From Selaginella moellendorffii (taxonomy: Eukaryota; Plantae; Lycopodiophyta): a stretch of DNA of 64,000 bases. Shown piece by piece: positions 63,163-64,000 of the stretch. The notes below the pieces were generated by a model that made no database searches, had not been told where the DNA came from, and saw nothing but the letters and a program-made list of their open reading frames with translations. Position 1 is the first letter of the stretch. Every line of letters starts with the position of its first letter. Location: positions 124,001 to 188,000 of the forward strand of contig NW_003314376.1 of NCBI RefSeq assembly GCF_000143415.4. Direction: 5' to 3'. The translations under genes and the position numbers were made by a program.

Positions 63163-64000
63163 ACTCCCACGTGTCATGTGTTGGTCCTTTTGGGTCCCTT
63201 TTTGGAGCCTTGCCTTTTGCTCGCTTCGTGCTCGTTCCTTGAGCACTTCGTTGGGAGTTCCACTCCCGCTCTTGACTTTTCAAGTCGGAGCTTTTGGTCC
63301 AAACGTGTTACGCTCGTTTGGCTCTCGCTTCGGCCACTACCATGTGGCGCCCTTCCGGCTCCACTTTGGGGCCTAGGGATTTTGTGTCTCACAGATAAAG
63401 GGTAAAAACTACGTGCGCTACATTTGGTATTAGAGGATACGTCTCAGCGAGTCCTATACAATGAGATTGGGCAACTAGTCTCGTTGCATACGCAGCAATG
63501 AAAATGATGATCCGAGTGGGTACACGTTTTGGTGCAAAGGCTTCGCAATTGTTCCTTGGGTATGAAATTTGGTTACCTTTTTGCTCCATATTATGTGAGC
63601 TTGCTCTTGGGCTCATAGGGTGGACTGAGTTGTTCCATTTACACGAGTTTGTGCTTGGGCTCGTGAGTGAGGCACATTAGCAACTCAAAATTATACTTTG
63701 AGTTGGCAAGATTAATGTAAGCCGATCGATAGTTCTTGTGGTTCTGTAAGTTGTTCCATGTACCATGGGTGAAAGCAAACCTCATTGGGTTTGCTATGAG
63801 TGGCAAATAGGCTGGTCCATAGCTGTTTAGCACGGCACTAGTGGATCCTTCCTAAGCATGATTATGAATGGATCAATCAAGACTGTAGGGATTAGTCTAT
63901 TGATTCAGGTAATCATTATTGTGCTCTCTCATAAACTTTTCTTGGATTGGACTAAAGGCAGTGTGAAAGCAAGCTTGAGGTTTAGTCAAAGATGAGGCCA

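Larger units (their letters stand above)
56164..63393 (-). mobile_element. Young non-autonomous LTR element (7.2 kb, ~1.6-kb LTRs), TSD GATAA
   Basis: LTRs 56164-57776 and 61823-63393 nearly identical; Met PBS TGGTATCGGAGC at 61808-61819; PPT gggtggtggagt at 57777-57788; no intact gag or pol. Confidence 0.93.
55046..64000 (+). mobile_element. LTR retrotransposon 5' part; LTR split by a nested insertion; runs off the window
   Basis: LTR 55046-56163 plus 63394-63422; PBS TGGTATTAGAG at 63425; 63423-64000 is homologous to 18782-19370. Confidence 0.9.

Overview
Land-plant nuclear DNA, repeat-rich, with two assembly gaps. Very short introns and the style of the PPR and ORC6 sequences suggest a lycophyte such as Selaginella; this is inference only. 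The backbone is a roughly 11.5-kb unit present about three times. Each copy holds a diverged ~7-kb inverted repeat. The + arm carries an ORC6 3' remnant, a deleted tRNA-Ala, a His/Ala/Pro-rich single-pass membrane ORF and PPR fragments. The - arm carries PPR fragments, a full-length tRNA-Ala(AGC) and, in copy 2, the ORC6 3' exons. One apparently intact 10-exon ORC6 (about 44230-45584, with a GC-AG intron) and one ORC6 pseudogene are present. Many LTR retroelements are inserted: two tRNA-Ala-primed Ty3/gypsy copies (one keeps a -1 frameshift heptamer plus pseudoknot), a 16-kb nested complex bounded by a TCATT target duplication, non-autonomous LARD/TRIM elements, a Cassandra TRIM with 5S rRNA-derived LTRs, and a young 7.2-kb non-coding LTR element containing two tRNA T-arm/B-box hairpins. 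The first 4.8 kb looks like a decayed DNA-transposon (CACTA-like) region with a dispersed palindrome. I see no clear new biological system. The most notable signals are the 5S-less relatives of the Cassandra LTR, the frameshift pseudoknot, the Pol III-type motifs and the palindromic ORC6/tRNA amplicon. All alignments and coordinates were done by eye.
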